DNA of 64,000 bases, from NCBI GenBank assembly GCA_000708835.1, contig DF237013.1, forward strand, positions 5,071 through 69,070. Direction: 5' to 3'. Position numbers and translations under genes: made by a program. Of the stretch, positions 12,404 through 25,781 are shown piece by piece. Source of the DNA: Klebsormidium nitens. Lineage: Eukaryota > Plantae > Klebsormidiophyceae. Positions within the stretch are counted from its first letter, which is position 1, and each line of letters begins with the position of its first letter. The notes under the pieces were generated by a model. That model was given only the letters and a program-made list of their open reading frames with translations, ran no database searches and had not been told where the DNA came from.

Positions 12404-13884
12404 GCAATCGTCCGATTCAAAAGTTCCTGGCCCTAGAGAGTTCGCTTTGCTTGTCTTCTGGGAGGCCGTTTCATGCGCCAAGCATTGTCTGTTTTCAAAG
12501 GCTGTCAGTGCCTCCCCATCAGCTCGACGGCTTACGTCCTTGAATGTGAGCACAGACTCGACTTCTCCGTATGTATCCAGCTCCCGACTGGTCCTACTTC
12601 TCGTCCATTTGGGGCGTCCACTAAGTGGTTGCTTCTCTTATTATGCAGGAAACCCAGCATACTAAGTCTGATCCATCTTCTGAGGACAGAAAGCAAGCTT
12701 TGACACATCGTAACAAGACGTTGAAGCTAGTGAAAGCAATCTACGGATGTCACTGGAGATTCGATGTGTCAGTCATAAAGGTCCGAGCTGCAGGTCAGTT
12801 AAGTGCACATGTAATGCCAGAAACCGTTCGAAGCAACTCACGAAAGCGTTCGAGGCAGGTCAATATCATTTTCGCCACACCGCGGCTCTCAAAATAGTCC
12901 GTGACGGTGATGTTGCGTGTGCGCCACAAAGTTGTTGCACTTTTGCGACTTGAACGCACATGGTCGGGCGAAAGGTGCTGGTGTGATACCATGCAAGTTG
13001 CGTGCCTTGGAGAGACTCGCCGCCTAACTACAGGATCAGTATATCGCCATCGTTTTCCTGTACATACGTCAGTACTTTCAGACACATATGACGGTCAGTG
13101 ATGGATATGGCGGCCCTAGCTTGCACGCGTCATATACGGGTATATATGATTGCCAAATCAATCAATGATTATTAGCACTGCATATCTAGTTCTTGTCGGA
13201 ACTTAGCGATATGCAATGAAGGCGCCGTATATACGTTTATCAGGATTTCATGTCGATTTTGCAGTAAAAACGCGTGTGCCGCCCGGGGCGCCGCCCTAGA
13301 GCAAGATGGAGCTTATGGATCCCAAAATGTTCGCGATCGTTCTCTGTGATCTCGGAAGCTCGAGTCTAATCGGATCCTTTCGGCTCGAAGTATATAATAT
13401 GATTGTTGTCCTCAATGCACCGTCACTGATACTCTGTGCGTATTGGTGTCCGACAGCCAGGCTCTAGAGCTTACCATCCCAAGTACCTACATACGTGACT
13501 CATACTGGCTGGTTTCTGCTCCTGGATTCTCCTTAGCGTACGCGGCAACATGATACCAGAGCTGCTATTTTTTGTCATCGTCCTGTGTGACCTGATCAAG
13601 GTCACCAACAACAGAATAATATATACAGTGTTCTCCTTTCACCTAATAAAGATACGTTATTCCAAGAGGTCTACACGACATGAACATACATAAGAGCGAC
13701 TTTATAACTTCCGACCACATATCGCAGCGTCTACTTCGTACAAACGATAAAGACCTTATTCCTGCATACCAGCACTAGTAGAGCACAGTAAGCGGCCTGG
13801 CATGATCCCATAGTCGTTGCTCCAGGTGCCGAACTTCTGCTGAAGCCGGCGACCGGATGCGACAGAACTGCGTCATGCTTTCAC

Positions 13885-14035
13885 CAACCAACCCACCAAA
13901 CCCATCTAATAACTTATACTCTTACACACCAACCCACCAAGCCCATTTGATAGCTGATGCTTTTACCCATCGACCCACCAAGCCCATTTCATAGCTTATG
14001 CCTTTACACACCGACCCACCAAGCCCATTTGAAAA
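13885..14035 (-). repeat. Three degenerate copies (about 41-bp period) of the last codons and stop of the NAT gene, in its 3' UTR
   Basis: The real end reads AAATGGGCTTGGTGGGTCGGTGTGTAA (KWAWWVGV*). Copies follow: aaatgggcttggtgggtcgatgggtaa, aaatgggcttggtgggttggtgtgtaa and agatgggtttggtgggttggttgg. Confidence 0.9.
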
Positions 14036-17000
14036 AGCGGCCCAAGCCCCACGGGAGCGCATAGAATTCTTCCGTCCGCGGGTCCGATTTGGAGTCACGG
14101 AACTTGTCCCACACGTGCATGCCGCGGTCCCGTCGCGAAGCCGGAATCGTGTTGTCCAGAACGAAGGCCGAAATCATGGAGACCGCCATGTTGGTCGTGA
14201 AGATGGTGTTCATAATGCGGTTGAACTGCAAACGAGGAATTCGAACGTGGTCACAAGTTGGAGTCGACTTGGGTTCAGGTTTATGGGGGATGAGAAACGG
14301 TCTTTGGTCAACATATTGACGGTTGTGTCGGGATTCCCTCTCCTTGGTGTCGGCTGTGTTGTAGGACTTTGGGTCTTCGCAGAAACTGGTGAGTTGGAAA
14401 GGGCATTGCAGGAGTGAAAGGACCAGCCCACAGGTTTTGAGTATGCAAGAGACAAACAAGTATCAAGTCTTCCAGTTTTAGTATATATCTACCGGAACGA
14501 TGAACAGCTTGACGAGTCGGCTCGCTTAGAAGCTTTGACTCCGGGAACCGGCCAGACATATAGGACGCATAAGTCGGAGCGGTCGCAGAAGCGAATTTGC
14601 AATACCGATAGCGGTTTTCAAATAATGGGGTTTAAACAAACACGGAACGATTCTCAAAAAGGCAAGGTTTGTTTCAAGCATCGAATACAAGCAGAACGTA
14701 TCTTCAACTCTCGAAAATCTCACATCTGCCAAAGAAAGGAAAAGTCTGGTGAGGTACGTACCGTCGTGCTACCGGTGTTAACCGGGTACCTGCCCTCGTC
14801 GTTCCCGGCTGCAAACTGGGTGAAGAATGCGGGAACCGAAAGGCCCATGTAGAGAGCGAAGCCAACGATGAACAGGTTGCGCGGGTTGTTCATGTTGGCA
14901 AACTGTTGGACAAGAAGCGCTTTTTTCAGAGGATTATGGAATATGAGAATAAGCTGCACATAAAGTCACCCTCAATAACTTGATCGTCCATCAACAGGCA
15001 AACGGCATGGGAGTCTTCAAACGGCAGGAAGGAAAGAGATGACGTCAGGGGTGCCCTTTGCAAAATCCACATAGGGGACGAGAGAATTCGAACGCGGCTA
15101 CTGGACCGAGACGAGAAAAAGGGCTTCTTTGCGGAGCGCACCGAACCAGCATTGAGTGGACCCCTACAATCTTGTGGCCACTTGCAATGGGTGTCGTCTA
15201 CTAGTGATAAGCTCAGCGGTTGCATTCCATCTAACATCCAGTGAGGGTAGACTACCAGGACTTGAATTTATCCAATAATTTCGGACTGTCGGACCCTGGA
15301 TCGAGTATCAGACATGCTGTTTCTAGTCAAGTGGATGATTCTTTAGAGGTTCTGCTGACGTCAGCTCCTTTACGGCACTCCGGATCAAGGTGTCATTTTT
15401 CAGGGTTTAGGGTTTTTTCGGCAAAACAGACTGAAACAGAGAGTCCCAAATTCGATCGAGGCTTTCCCGGCCGCGTTTGGTTTTCTCCGATATCGGTGGT
15501 TTACCCAGCTTATTGCAAGAAGACACGCAGATTTTTGGTCGAAGTCAAAGCTTGCCTGCAAGTTCGAGAGCCCCACGGCTGTGATGATTCCGAACATGAC
15601 GCAAAAGAGTCCGCCCACGATCGGCCCCGGAATGGACGCGAAGAGGGCGCCGAACTTGCCTGCGAAAGACGAGGGGTTTAAGGTTTCGCTTCAGGCTGTT
15701 GCAAAGCTCTTGGGATCCGCATCAACTAGAATCAGGACCCCGTTTCAAGACCGGTAGAACCAATCTGAAGGGCCGGTTCCGTTTGGAAAGGTCCCTTATT
15801 CAGCCCATATGCGGTCCGAAGATTGACCAGTTTGAAGATCAATATTCACAAAAAAGTCAGTGCCCTTTTTTAAAAAGATTACTCTGTACGAGATGCTCCC
15901 TGCCTGTATCGAATAATGGATCTTGATGGACAATGACCTTCCAACTCCTGTGCGTTCCACGTGGCTTATGACATTTTTAGAGACGGCGGGCGGACGAGCT
16001 TCACAGGGGGGTTCAGAAATCCCTGAAACCTGAAGACTCGCAAACCGTGATAGTTCCCGTCGAAGTAGGTTGCTCTGGGCAAAGCACGCTCGATCCGACG
16101 CCTCGCAGGTCTTCACAGAAGCACCTCAAAAGATCTCACCGATGATTCCAAAGACGATCATGAAGCACGCGCCCACTTGGACCACCCTCCGGCTGCCGAC
16201 ACGTGTGATCCCAATGGCACCAATGTTCTCGGCGTAAGTCGTGGATCCGTTGCCGGTGCCCCATATGCCGTCGAATAGAATGCCGATGCCCTGCGCATGA
16301 GCGGGGTGGTTTCGCTTTTACACGTCTGAGGGGCTGCAGAAACTATTCGACGAACGGGCTTCAAAACTGCACGTGGGTGCACTGAGTGGGATCCACATGT
16401 CCTTCAAAAACAGAGCGCCCGACTGCGGCCAACAAATCATCAACGCCCTGGGAATAACCCGAGGATTCATGTTCAGGACGTTGCTTACAAGGGGCTGCGG
16501 GATATTTCTAGTACGGGCTTTGAAACTGCACGTGGAGCATTACGTGGGCTCCAGGTGGCGCTCCACGGCGACATCCGAGCAGCCGTAGCGTCGAAAGTAG
16601 CGGCGTGGCAGTATTGAACAACAGAACGAGTCCAACGTCCGATCCTAAAACAAAACTGAGACTTTCAAGATGGATAGGTCAAGCTGAGGTCATGCAATAT
16701 GATCTATCGTGGAGACCCCCTCACTAAGGACGCGGGGATCAGCCGCAAGTAGATTTTGTGCACCAAACATTTTAGGCGTTCGGCAAAGTTAAAGCTTTCA
16801 GGGAGCGGGTCAAGATGCGCCCCAGATTCGGCGAGTCGGCTCTTGCTTCCAAATTTGCCTCGAAACCATTTCCTGCCAGCAAAAATCTTCGCTACCTGTA
16901 AGGAGGCCAGTACCTGCACCTGCGGTAAAACCTGGAAAGTCAGACCCTAAAGGGAAAACCTACAGTGTTTCCGCAGGTATTGGGCCCATACATCCATCCA

Positions 17001-20000
17001 CTACAACGAATGAAAGAAAAGAAAGAAAAAGCTTATTGGGGCCGTACCTCCCAGCCGATGCCTCGCGAGATGACTCCTGGGGGCGGGGGCGTCGCACCAG
17101 AAATCCTGGCGCAGGCGTAAAAGTCTCCGGTGGACTGCACAGCCCGACGGAACAAACCAGTGTTCAGTGGGAGCGAACACTATTAACGGTTGCATAAGTG
17201 GAAGAAATGGGCAGAAACTGGCTGAACTCAAAATATTCTCTTGTGAGCTCCTGCAAACTAGTGTCAGCTGTAGCAGGTTGTGTAAGCAGCAACCTGGGTT
17301 ACCGCCATGTTAAGTTACCGCCAGGGCAAAGGTTTGGCTGCTATAGAAAGCGCTTGCTGGAAAAGCAAGAGCTTCGCTTTCACTAAAGCATGGAAAAGCG
17401 GACCGATTGGAAAAGCCCCTCCAAAGTTGCGGATGGACCAAAATATGATCGCTCATGTGTCAACTTAGCGACTCCTCGTCAGATAGATGAAAGAAGGCAG
17501 ACGCTGAAAACATGCCATGAAGTAATATGCAAATGGAGTCGCTTTCAGATTTGGGACTCGGAGTTGACTACGGTAGGCGGCCGTGCCTCCGCACAAATCA
17601 AAGCCGTTCTCAGAAGGACCCGAGAGAAAACGACGCAAAATAATGCAATTTAACAGCCCATCAGGTAGAACACTATGATCCGGGAGACGGAACGTCTAGA
17701 GCAACTATGGACGATTGGACGAGATTTCAGTATGACCTATGTGGCCCTTGTAGGCCTTTCTACAAGGAACTACCTGACGCAAACGGTAAGGAAGCCTTAA
17801 ACTGTCAAGACGTATCACCGAAAGCTATGCCTTGGACAGAGGAATTGGTGAATCAAGACGAAGAGGGAAAGCGCACCTCGATGAGCGCTGCCAGCGCCCC
17901 CGCCACCACAGCAAACGTGTAGCCAGTGTCAAACGTGGGCCAGCCCCACTGGAAGGGGTACGGAAAGCGGAACCTGCAAAGCGGAACGGAAAAGCGGAAT
18001 TCTTAAAGGGACTTCGTGTACCGTTTGGGCCTACTTGCGAGAACAGGGTCTGTTATATAGCTAACCATGGGAATGCGATTGGCAGACGGCGGACGTGAGC
18101 GGGATGAGCAGACCACCAGGAGTTTAGGGGAGCTAAGGAGCTGAGGGGATGTCTTGGAGAGCGCTGGGATAGCCTTGAGCGGATTCAAGAGAAACTGGAT
18201 TACCTCGCAAAGTCTCACCAGCAGATAGACCTCCTCACTGGCCCACATGTACAGTCACTCTCCAAATGGTTAGTGGTGTTCTGCGTTATGCTTTGTTTCA
18301 AGATATCAAGGATGTAGGGTCGAGCTAACGGAAGCCCGATTATATACGCGTCGAAAGGATAACCAAGACGTCCTGGTCTAGGGGTTAGGGTCAGCTTTAC
18401 GGTAAACTGACCAGGGAGCCGTCGAGAGGATGTCCGAGTGTCCGTCCGGAAGTTCTGTTTCGTGGCGTCCGGAAAGTTGTGGATCATATACTTTGGGGGT
18501 GTTAAAAGCGCTCTTCTTTTAGGGGTAGGGTCAAGATAACGAATGACTAACCAGGGAGCCGTCGAGAGGATGTCCGACTGGTCCGTCCGGCAGTTCAGTT
18601 TCGTGGCGTCCGGAACGTTGTCATAGACTCCGGCTTCGGTCAGCACGACAGCGTACACCCACGTGATCGTTAGGCCCAGAAGCACCTACAGAGATATGCG
18701 CGGCTAAGTCAGGAATCGTACGGGGCAGATATATAAGCTTCCCAACCTGGAAGGGGCGGGGTCGTTTTCGGGTCCAAAATGGGCACGGGTGCGAAGCGGT
18801 AGAATGTCAAGCTAGGATTTTGTCAGTTGGGAGCTTATGTTTCCTGGCTCTTACTATCCCTGGATTCGATCGTCACACCAAATCTACTACTGGTGGTTCC
18901 TACCGATTTGACACCAGCGAACCGGCGCAGCCATTTCGTGTTTTGACGAAATGCACGGTGGATATTGTTCCTTAACATAGCGCGCAAAGCCGAACCAAAT
19001 CAGGTTTGACACAAATGCCAGAAGATTAAAATGAGAGGAAGTGAGCTTTGTGATTGTCTTGAACCGGGGTTTCGGCGCCGGGATCTCATGATCGGCTAGG
19101 ACCTCCTTCCTTTGCAATCTGATAAGATGCGACTTCCTTCGAAGAGTACGATAAGCGATCGACTCTGATGCGTTCCTTCCGTATGATATAGGTTTTCCGA
19201 TCGGCTATCAATGTCTGCTTACGAAATATAAACGGTGGCAAGAACGCGGAACCGAGAAGTACCTGAGGTGGTGCCGAGAAAACTTCAGAACGCTGAGCCC
19301 GGCTGTTGTCTCATGACTCATGACTATTGAGATTAAGATGAAAAACAGCACAAGCAGAAAGCGCAGGTGGCTTACCGGAAAGAGCTGGAAGAAGCGGTAT
19401 CCGAATATCTGCACGTTTTTGAGGTATTGGGAGAACAGGATAACTGTCACGATCTGCACGAGCCCAACCTCGACGCAGCTGCCGACGGCGGGAAACCCGG
19501 CGGTGTACAGGGCGAGCCCAATCATTGCGATGGTCGGAGCGATCGTGATGGGGCTGATGAATCTGCGGAGACGAAGGCCTTCTCGTTTCGGACTTGGTCT
19601 TGTCTAGGACTGGTCCAACGAGTTAAAAGCTCTGAAAAGTGTTGAAACCATCTTGTTCGGTCAAGTTCTTCGGCTTATTGAGAGACTGTCAACAAACGGT
19701 GGTCGGAGCGATCGTGATGGGGCAAACGAATCGGGAGACGAGAGAGGGGATCGTTGGCACAACGGTCCGACAACGGCCCTGAAAAGCGTTGTTGACTTAT
19801 AGGGGCTCTGACTGAGTTCCGACAGTAACTCGACGAAGTGGTGGACGGAGCGATCGCGATGGGACTGATGAATCTGGGGAGACGGAGGAGAACAATGCCT
19901 TCGCAGTTAGGTTGGAAACGGCCCGGAAAAGCGTTCTATACAGCTTGGCCCGATCCTTCTGGCTTTTATGAGTCCAACAACAATGGCACGAACTGATCCG

Positions 20001-22605
20001 GCGGGACCTTCTGCTTCCTTTCGAGGCAGACGCTCCTTCGTGTGGCCCGGAATGTCAGGCGCATAAAAACAGAATGAGGCCAGAGTATGAACGATGATAG
20101 CAGAAGTGCAAGGACGCAATCTACAGGGTTTCAGGTTGCCGCACTGTCAGCAACGTGTCGCGCACTGCTCAATGTTTGGCACCTGGCAGCTACGGACTGA
20201 TATCAAGCATCGCAGGGAAACGTCCTCGCCTTCAGCTTGCTCGCCTAGGGAACATGAAGAAGACATCGTTGCAAGTTCGCGCGTGAACAAGCTCGGGGGC
20301 AGACATGTAACAGTTACGCTGACTGACCTGCAGAAAGGCCCCATGAGCCCGGAGAACCCGAGTATGATATGTAAGCCCGACGCCGTTATGATGGCCCCTT
20401 GCACCGCGCGCATCGTCACCTTGAAGCGCTGCATTGCAATTGCTGACGTCAGCTTTCGGTCCTCAAACTCCCAGTAGGTAGTTAGCCTCCGGACCGATCC
20501 AGAAAGGTGAGCGTTCAGCTAACCGCTCCTAAGTGGCGCCAGCAGAGCACGCGGCTCCTGGCGGAAGGACACTTGACCAATCTCTGAGCAGAAGGGTAAG
20601 GAGCTCCTTTTGCGACAGGCAGCTGAGAGGATGATCTCAGCCTTCCAACTTTTAGCATACTGCTCGAGTTTAAAACGTGACCCGGGCTGAGGTTCAGTAA
20701 GGCGATAAAAGGAGGGTTTAACCTTTGCGAGCAAGGGTGCTCCAGCGGAAACTAAACAGGGGATCTGAGAGCTGCCCACAACGAACCAGATAGGAGTGCC
20801 TCCAATCATGCTTCGTGTTACACGGTCTTGCTTACAAGGACTCGCAACCACAGCCAAACAGCAAATCTGCTATCACATATCTTTGTTACTCTTATCCGAT
20901 CTCTACCACTGCAACAGACTCCAGGCACTGGGTTACCAACAGATTTAGTACTTGAGAAATATTGGGGCTCTTATAGGATTGCCGCTGAAGTGAGACGTGT
21001 TGCTTACGTCTACTTCCACGTCCTGAAAGTTGCCAGCGATGACGATGACTGGCGTCAGGAAGGAGAAGCTCCCACCAATCACCGTGGGGAGGCGGGTCCC
21101 GAAAGTGGTTTGGAGAAGGGTATTGATCCCGGACACAAAGAAGATGGTTTGGATCGACTTGGCCAGGTCATCCTGCAGATATCAAGGATGAGAAACCTTT
21201 AGAGAGGTTACTGAGCACAACGCCTTGTCCAAATCTCACTTTACTGCTGGTTCAGACATGACCTGACATTCTGATGTTGGGCCTTCCCTTGACTCAGATG
21301 AAACCATCAGCCCAGGTAAGGCTCTTAACCAGGCAGTGAGGCTGACAACCTGTGCAGTCAACATGAGCTGTCTGGGCCAGGTGTTTAAGAAGGCGTTTGA
21401 ATCTCTCTAGGGGGTTTCTAGAGGAACTGTCTCACTCAATGACTAATCTAAGTACCGTCCTGGTGGGCAATGCCATTGTCTGCACTTTTTCCTTTGGCTT
21501 GAATGAGCGCCACCAATCACTAACGACTGCTGTGAGGTGAATTCCTGCTTGTAGTTTTTCAACTTGTGCAGGGGGAAATGTGTTAGGATCATGTGGTCAA
21601 GACAAATTGGCGACTTGGGATTGGAAGAGGCAAAACATTGCAGTTGTATCCAAGGTCGTCCTATGAAAGTTTTTAAAAAACACCTGCTCTTGTAAAGCTA
21701 CGCCAGCTGGCAAACCAGGCAAAATTCTCTACAATGTTCATGTTTTACTCGTCTTTCAAGGAAAGTAGCCAGGCCTGCATACCCTTTCCAAGAAGTTTTT
21801 GGATACCTCGCACCGTCAAAAAATGTCTGTGCACCCAAGCATACATTGACTCGTTTGTCCAGAACGATAACTGTCTATTCACCTTATCGCCTCCCATGGC
21901 TGGAACTAGTAGATTGGGTATCAAAACCGTTGCGCCGAGCATAGTCAGGTAATGTTGTATACCCAGCGCAATGGATTCATCTGCAGAGGGGATGTGTGGA
22001 CAGGTCAAAGTAGGTCAGAAGAAGGACAGAAAGTCCAGGCCACAGTGATTGACAAAATACAAACACCAACTGGGCGAAGCACACAGTGGGGACTGGAATC
22101 TTTGCCAACTACGGGAAGAGAAGGAGCGCTCTTAATCAGCGAGCCTAAGAACGAGGGACACAGCAAACCCATTAGTGAAAAGAATGATGCGCGTAGGAAA
22201 CTGAAAACCTTCCTGTACTGACATCCACAGAAGAGAATCTGTGGTGCGATTCTCGGAGACAGGGAAGACTTTCATAAACCATCAGAAGGGAATACTACAT
22301 CACACAAGAAATTCAAGCTGTTGGGCATAGACCATTCACATTGATATGTTGACCTCCAAAAATTTCAACATGGACTAAAGACGACGTTGCACTCGCGGAT
22401 GGTCAAGTGGTGAGACTTCTTGTATCTGGCAGGTCAACAGGAGAGCCTTACACCAGGGGGGGGTGTCGTTGATTCCGTAGCGCATCTCCGGCATCGTGTC
22501 CTCCTTCTCAAACTTCTCTCCGTCTAGACCGACGTCCCCGTCCATGGGAACCATCTTGTGTGCGCCAACCACCATGGCTTCCCCAGCTTCAGGGTCTCGC
22601 GGCAT
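14004..22605 (-). CDS. NAT: Nucleobase-ascorbate transporter (NAT/NCS2, xanthine/uracil permease family), about 546 aa, 12 exons
   Basis: Exons 22605-22452, 21980-21883, 21172-21008, 20428-20328, 19562-19376, 18685-18552, 17973-17877, 17134-17048, 16290-16140, 15659-15556, 14902-14762, 14225-14004 (1641 nt). Motifs: [48 protein letters not shown], the NAT signature [16 protein letters not shown], and LDNTIP. The C-terminus [12 protein letters not shown] resembles the NAT11/12 clade from memory. Confidence 0.95.
18400..18620 (-). repeat. Duplication (140-bp period) of the last ~70 nt of NAT exon 6 plus its donor into the following intron
   Basis: Real: ...GACATCCTCTCGACGGCTCCCTG|GTTAGT (junction at 18552). 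Copy: ...GACATCCTCTCGACGGCTCCCTG|GTCAGT (at 18412), with a frameshifted upstream part. Confidence 0.9.
19520..19890 (-). repeat. Two degenerate upstream copies of the acceptor plus start of NAT exon 5
   Basis: Real: cgtctccgcag|ATTCATCAGCCCCATCACGATCGCTCCGACC (19562). Copies at about 19700-19742 (cgtctcccgattcgtttgccccatcacgatcgctccgacc) and 19840-19886 (cgtctcccccag|attcatcagtcccatcgcgatcgctccgtcc). Confidence 0.9.
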
Positions 22606-24361
22606 CGTTGCTAGCAAGGGAGATAAACTGACGAATTTGGAAGGCCTTCAAGGCTTTGAAGCCTTCAAAGACACCTTGGAAGGGCTTTGAAAGCTTTTTA
22701 GTTCTGGTTTACGAGTCGCTCCCACCTTTCAAGCACGTTGAAAGATTCAAGGGACCTTAAGCTGTGGGCTGAGCCTTGATGGAATTCTGGGGGTCGATCA
22801 GACTTGAATAGCGTCTCACGTGTTTCTTATGCTTGTTGCAGGCCAAATTCTGCTATTTCGCTCAACTTGTTACGCTCTCTGCCCGTCTCTTGGTCACCCA
22901 CGTCTTCCTTCCTCGTGCTGCGACAACTGTCCTGTCAGGAAAGACAGAAAAGAATCGATAACCCCGCAATGGGACGCCTAGTGTCACTGTAGGAACCCGC
23001 CAACAAGCTGAAACTGATCAGTTTGCCTCTTGAGCATCACACTGCAGTGCGGGCGCAGCTGCTTTTGCATCAGTAGACTTCCACTAGCCTGGATTGGCAG
23101 AACTAAAGGGAGACGCCTGTTGTGAGTAATGCCCTGAAACTGCCCTTACACCAGAAAACTCAAAAGCACAGGCCGTCTGCAGTCAAGCAAGCAAGAAAGC
23201 TGAGCACAATCCTGGTTTTGTAGGATACGTGCCCTGTCAGTGTCAGCAGGTACCTACCCAGGGCAAATACCTCCCCAGCTGGAAAGACGAGCCGCCACAA
23301 GCAGCGGGCTGCGGCACCAGCTCGTCATGCTCCATGATGCAAACGTCTGTGAGCGCTGGCATCGGCATTGATTGAACCGGTCGTGACGGAGCTAAAGCCT
23401 GACACGTGGACCACGTGATTCCGACAAAGTCGATAAAGCGTTCGATCGTAAATATTCTAGGACTTCAAATCTGAACGGCTACGATCTTACCAAATCAACG
23501 CGTGAAATCCGCCAATTTGATTTTGCGCGCAGAGACTCAGTCTAAACTAGGATGGTGACTTTATCATCATTATGGTTTGGGAGAACATTCAGCCAGATTG
23601 ACAATGTCATTGTCGGAACTCGAAGCAATCACACACGAGCCCGGAATAAATGGGTCGGCAACGCCAACAGTCCGAAGATATAAGAGTCCGGTCTCGGTCT
23701 AGGATCCTCCTACCCTAGACAAAGTGTGCAAGTCTGCAGTGCGAACTCGGAAGGGCGGCCGTTGCATGATCATTCTCTAGCTTTCTCTGTCAGTGTCACC
23801 GCCATTGCTGCCGCTTCACCTTAGAGCGGCGCTTTGCGCTGCCAATCCGCTTCTGAGCTCAGCTTTGCCTCCCCAAATTCAAAAAAGTGCAGCTAGGTTC
23901 GAAGGAGGACAAGCAATCAACTCACCGGCAGCAGATCAGCGATTGATAACGGAGACGGGTGCTCAAGCACAAATGTTAGTTCGCAAAACGACGGTTTTGA
24001 GCATTAGGGACAAGGCAAGGTGGGTGTGTAGCAACCTGGTCCCTCACACATTCATATTAATAAGTTTCGGTTTTCTTCGTCATGGTGCTTTGAAGACGGT
24101 CACTTCCTTGCTATCAATCGCTGAAATGCAATGAATCTGTTGGAGGGAAGGCGGCGCCTGTTGCTGGCCTATCTACAATCTCATTCAACGATGTGGCAAT
24201 TTTCAAAATACCACACGCAATCATGGCCCTGCGCACGGCGCCTGGTTGCTCGCAGCCACAGTCCTGCGCGACCACTTCTCCATCATCTGTCTTGTGAACG
24301 GCTTTTGCGCTGCGTGCAGGCCCTAATACCAATCATACGCTGCCAGCACATCACAGCCACC

Positions 24362-25781
24362 ATGCTGCTTCGCGTAGCCTTCACCTCTCCCCGCACCTTA
24401 GCCTTCTTTGCCCCTGCCACTCGGGCAATGTCTGCATGGGCCGGCTCCCTAAGTTTCGAAACCCCAAGCGAATTCCCCTTGCACCGTTCTGCGGACCGTA
24501 GCTCCCCGGAGGAAGCTGATAGTCAGCCGACAGTCTCTGGTCGGGCCACCTCTGTATTTGGGGGACTTTTCAGTGCTAGGGATGGTGGTGGTAGAGAAGG
24601 CGCTTCGTTTTCCGAGCTGCCAGACGTTTCGAAACCGGAGGGGACGCGCTCGGTCTGGGAGGGGTATCGGTTAATGGCAGTACCAAAAAGGAAGGTGAGG
24701 GTTTGATTCACCTCTTACGAACTTTGCTTGTGCTTCGTACGGGATCTCATGGGCACTCATGTGCCGCCACTAACCTTTACAATGCTGGGGGCATCATCGA
24801 GCGCCCTGTGGCACATCTTCTGATGAAGCTTTCAGATGGGACAGTCTACCCAATGCAAAACAGGCGTTCAAAGTTTGTATCTTTGTGGAGGGCTTCCCAA
24901 GAAGTGCTGTGCACGTCGAAGCTGTTCCCTGAAAGGTGTATTGCAAAGCACGTACAGATGTTGCTTTCCGCCATGAGTTGAAGGCAATCAAGACCGCGGA
25001 GCATTGTACGAGGCGTCACCTGTTGCGCCACTTCAGACCTGAACACATTGTCGTCGCATCTCTTCGTGCAAGCAAGCATGTTAAAAGTCAGGGAGTGAAA
25101 TGCAGTGTGTTGGATTTCCTCCATCTTACGAAACTGCTATGGTGCCCACCCCGTGCTGCAGGTTTCACCATCCCGAAATGGACTTCGTTTCCAGCATAAG
25201 TGGCTGAAACCAGCGCATGGGCTCATCAAGTGCAAGTAAGTAGACTGGGAATGAGAGCGTCTCCTCAGTTCTGCCTTCCTTTCTGTTCGCATCATGAAGG
25301 TACAATCTGTCCACATCAAGCAGCCGACATTTTTGTTGGATAATTCACATTTCGTCACGCATTTTTATGCCTGCGGCCCCCCTAGAACTGGACGGAGGAC
25401 GTGTTCGCTAGGCTGCCCGAAAAAAGCAACTTAACGATGAAATTTTGGTTTTTAATATTCCATTGTTGTTGGTGTTTATAAAACCTTTTCATTGCCTATA
25501 GCAGGTAGACTGTATGAGCACAGATATGTTCACGAGAGCTTTCAACTCTGATTTAACCTTCCTCTTACCTTTGATCGAGGTACCATAGTTGCGCATAGTT
25601 GTGTGCTTTTCGCTCTATATTGGTTTTGGCTCTCTCCTGTTTTCGCTCGCATACTGAGCTGGCTGATCTCCGCTTTCGTTGCAGAGGTTGCGGCAAGGTA
25701 ACCGTACGGCACAGGTTCTGCAATTGTGGACTCATCCCTCAATCAGAGGCCGAAGCTCCCCAGAACGAAGCTGCAAGCTAA
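24362..25781 (+). CDS. MRPL32: Mitochondrial ribosomal protein bL32m precursor, 167 aa, 3 exons
   Basis: Exons 24362-24694, 25162-25235, 25685-25781. A long presequence is followed by MAVPKRK|VSPSRNGLRFQHKWLKPAHGLIKCK|GCGKVTVRHRFCNCG, which has the L32 N-terminal motif and Zn-ribbon cysteines. Confidence 0.9.

Noticed and set aside
12850-13880. Featureless intergenic stretch, possibly a decayed transposon or unannotated gene
   Set aside because: Only short ORFs with no motifs, TIRs or TSDs that I could verify.
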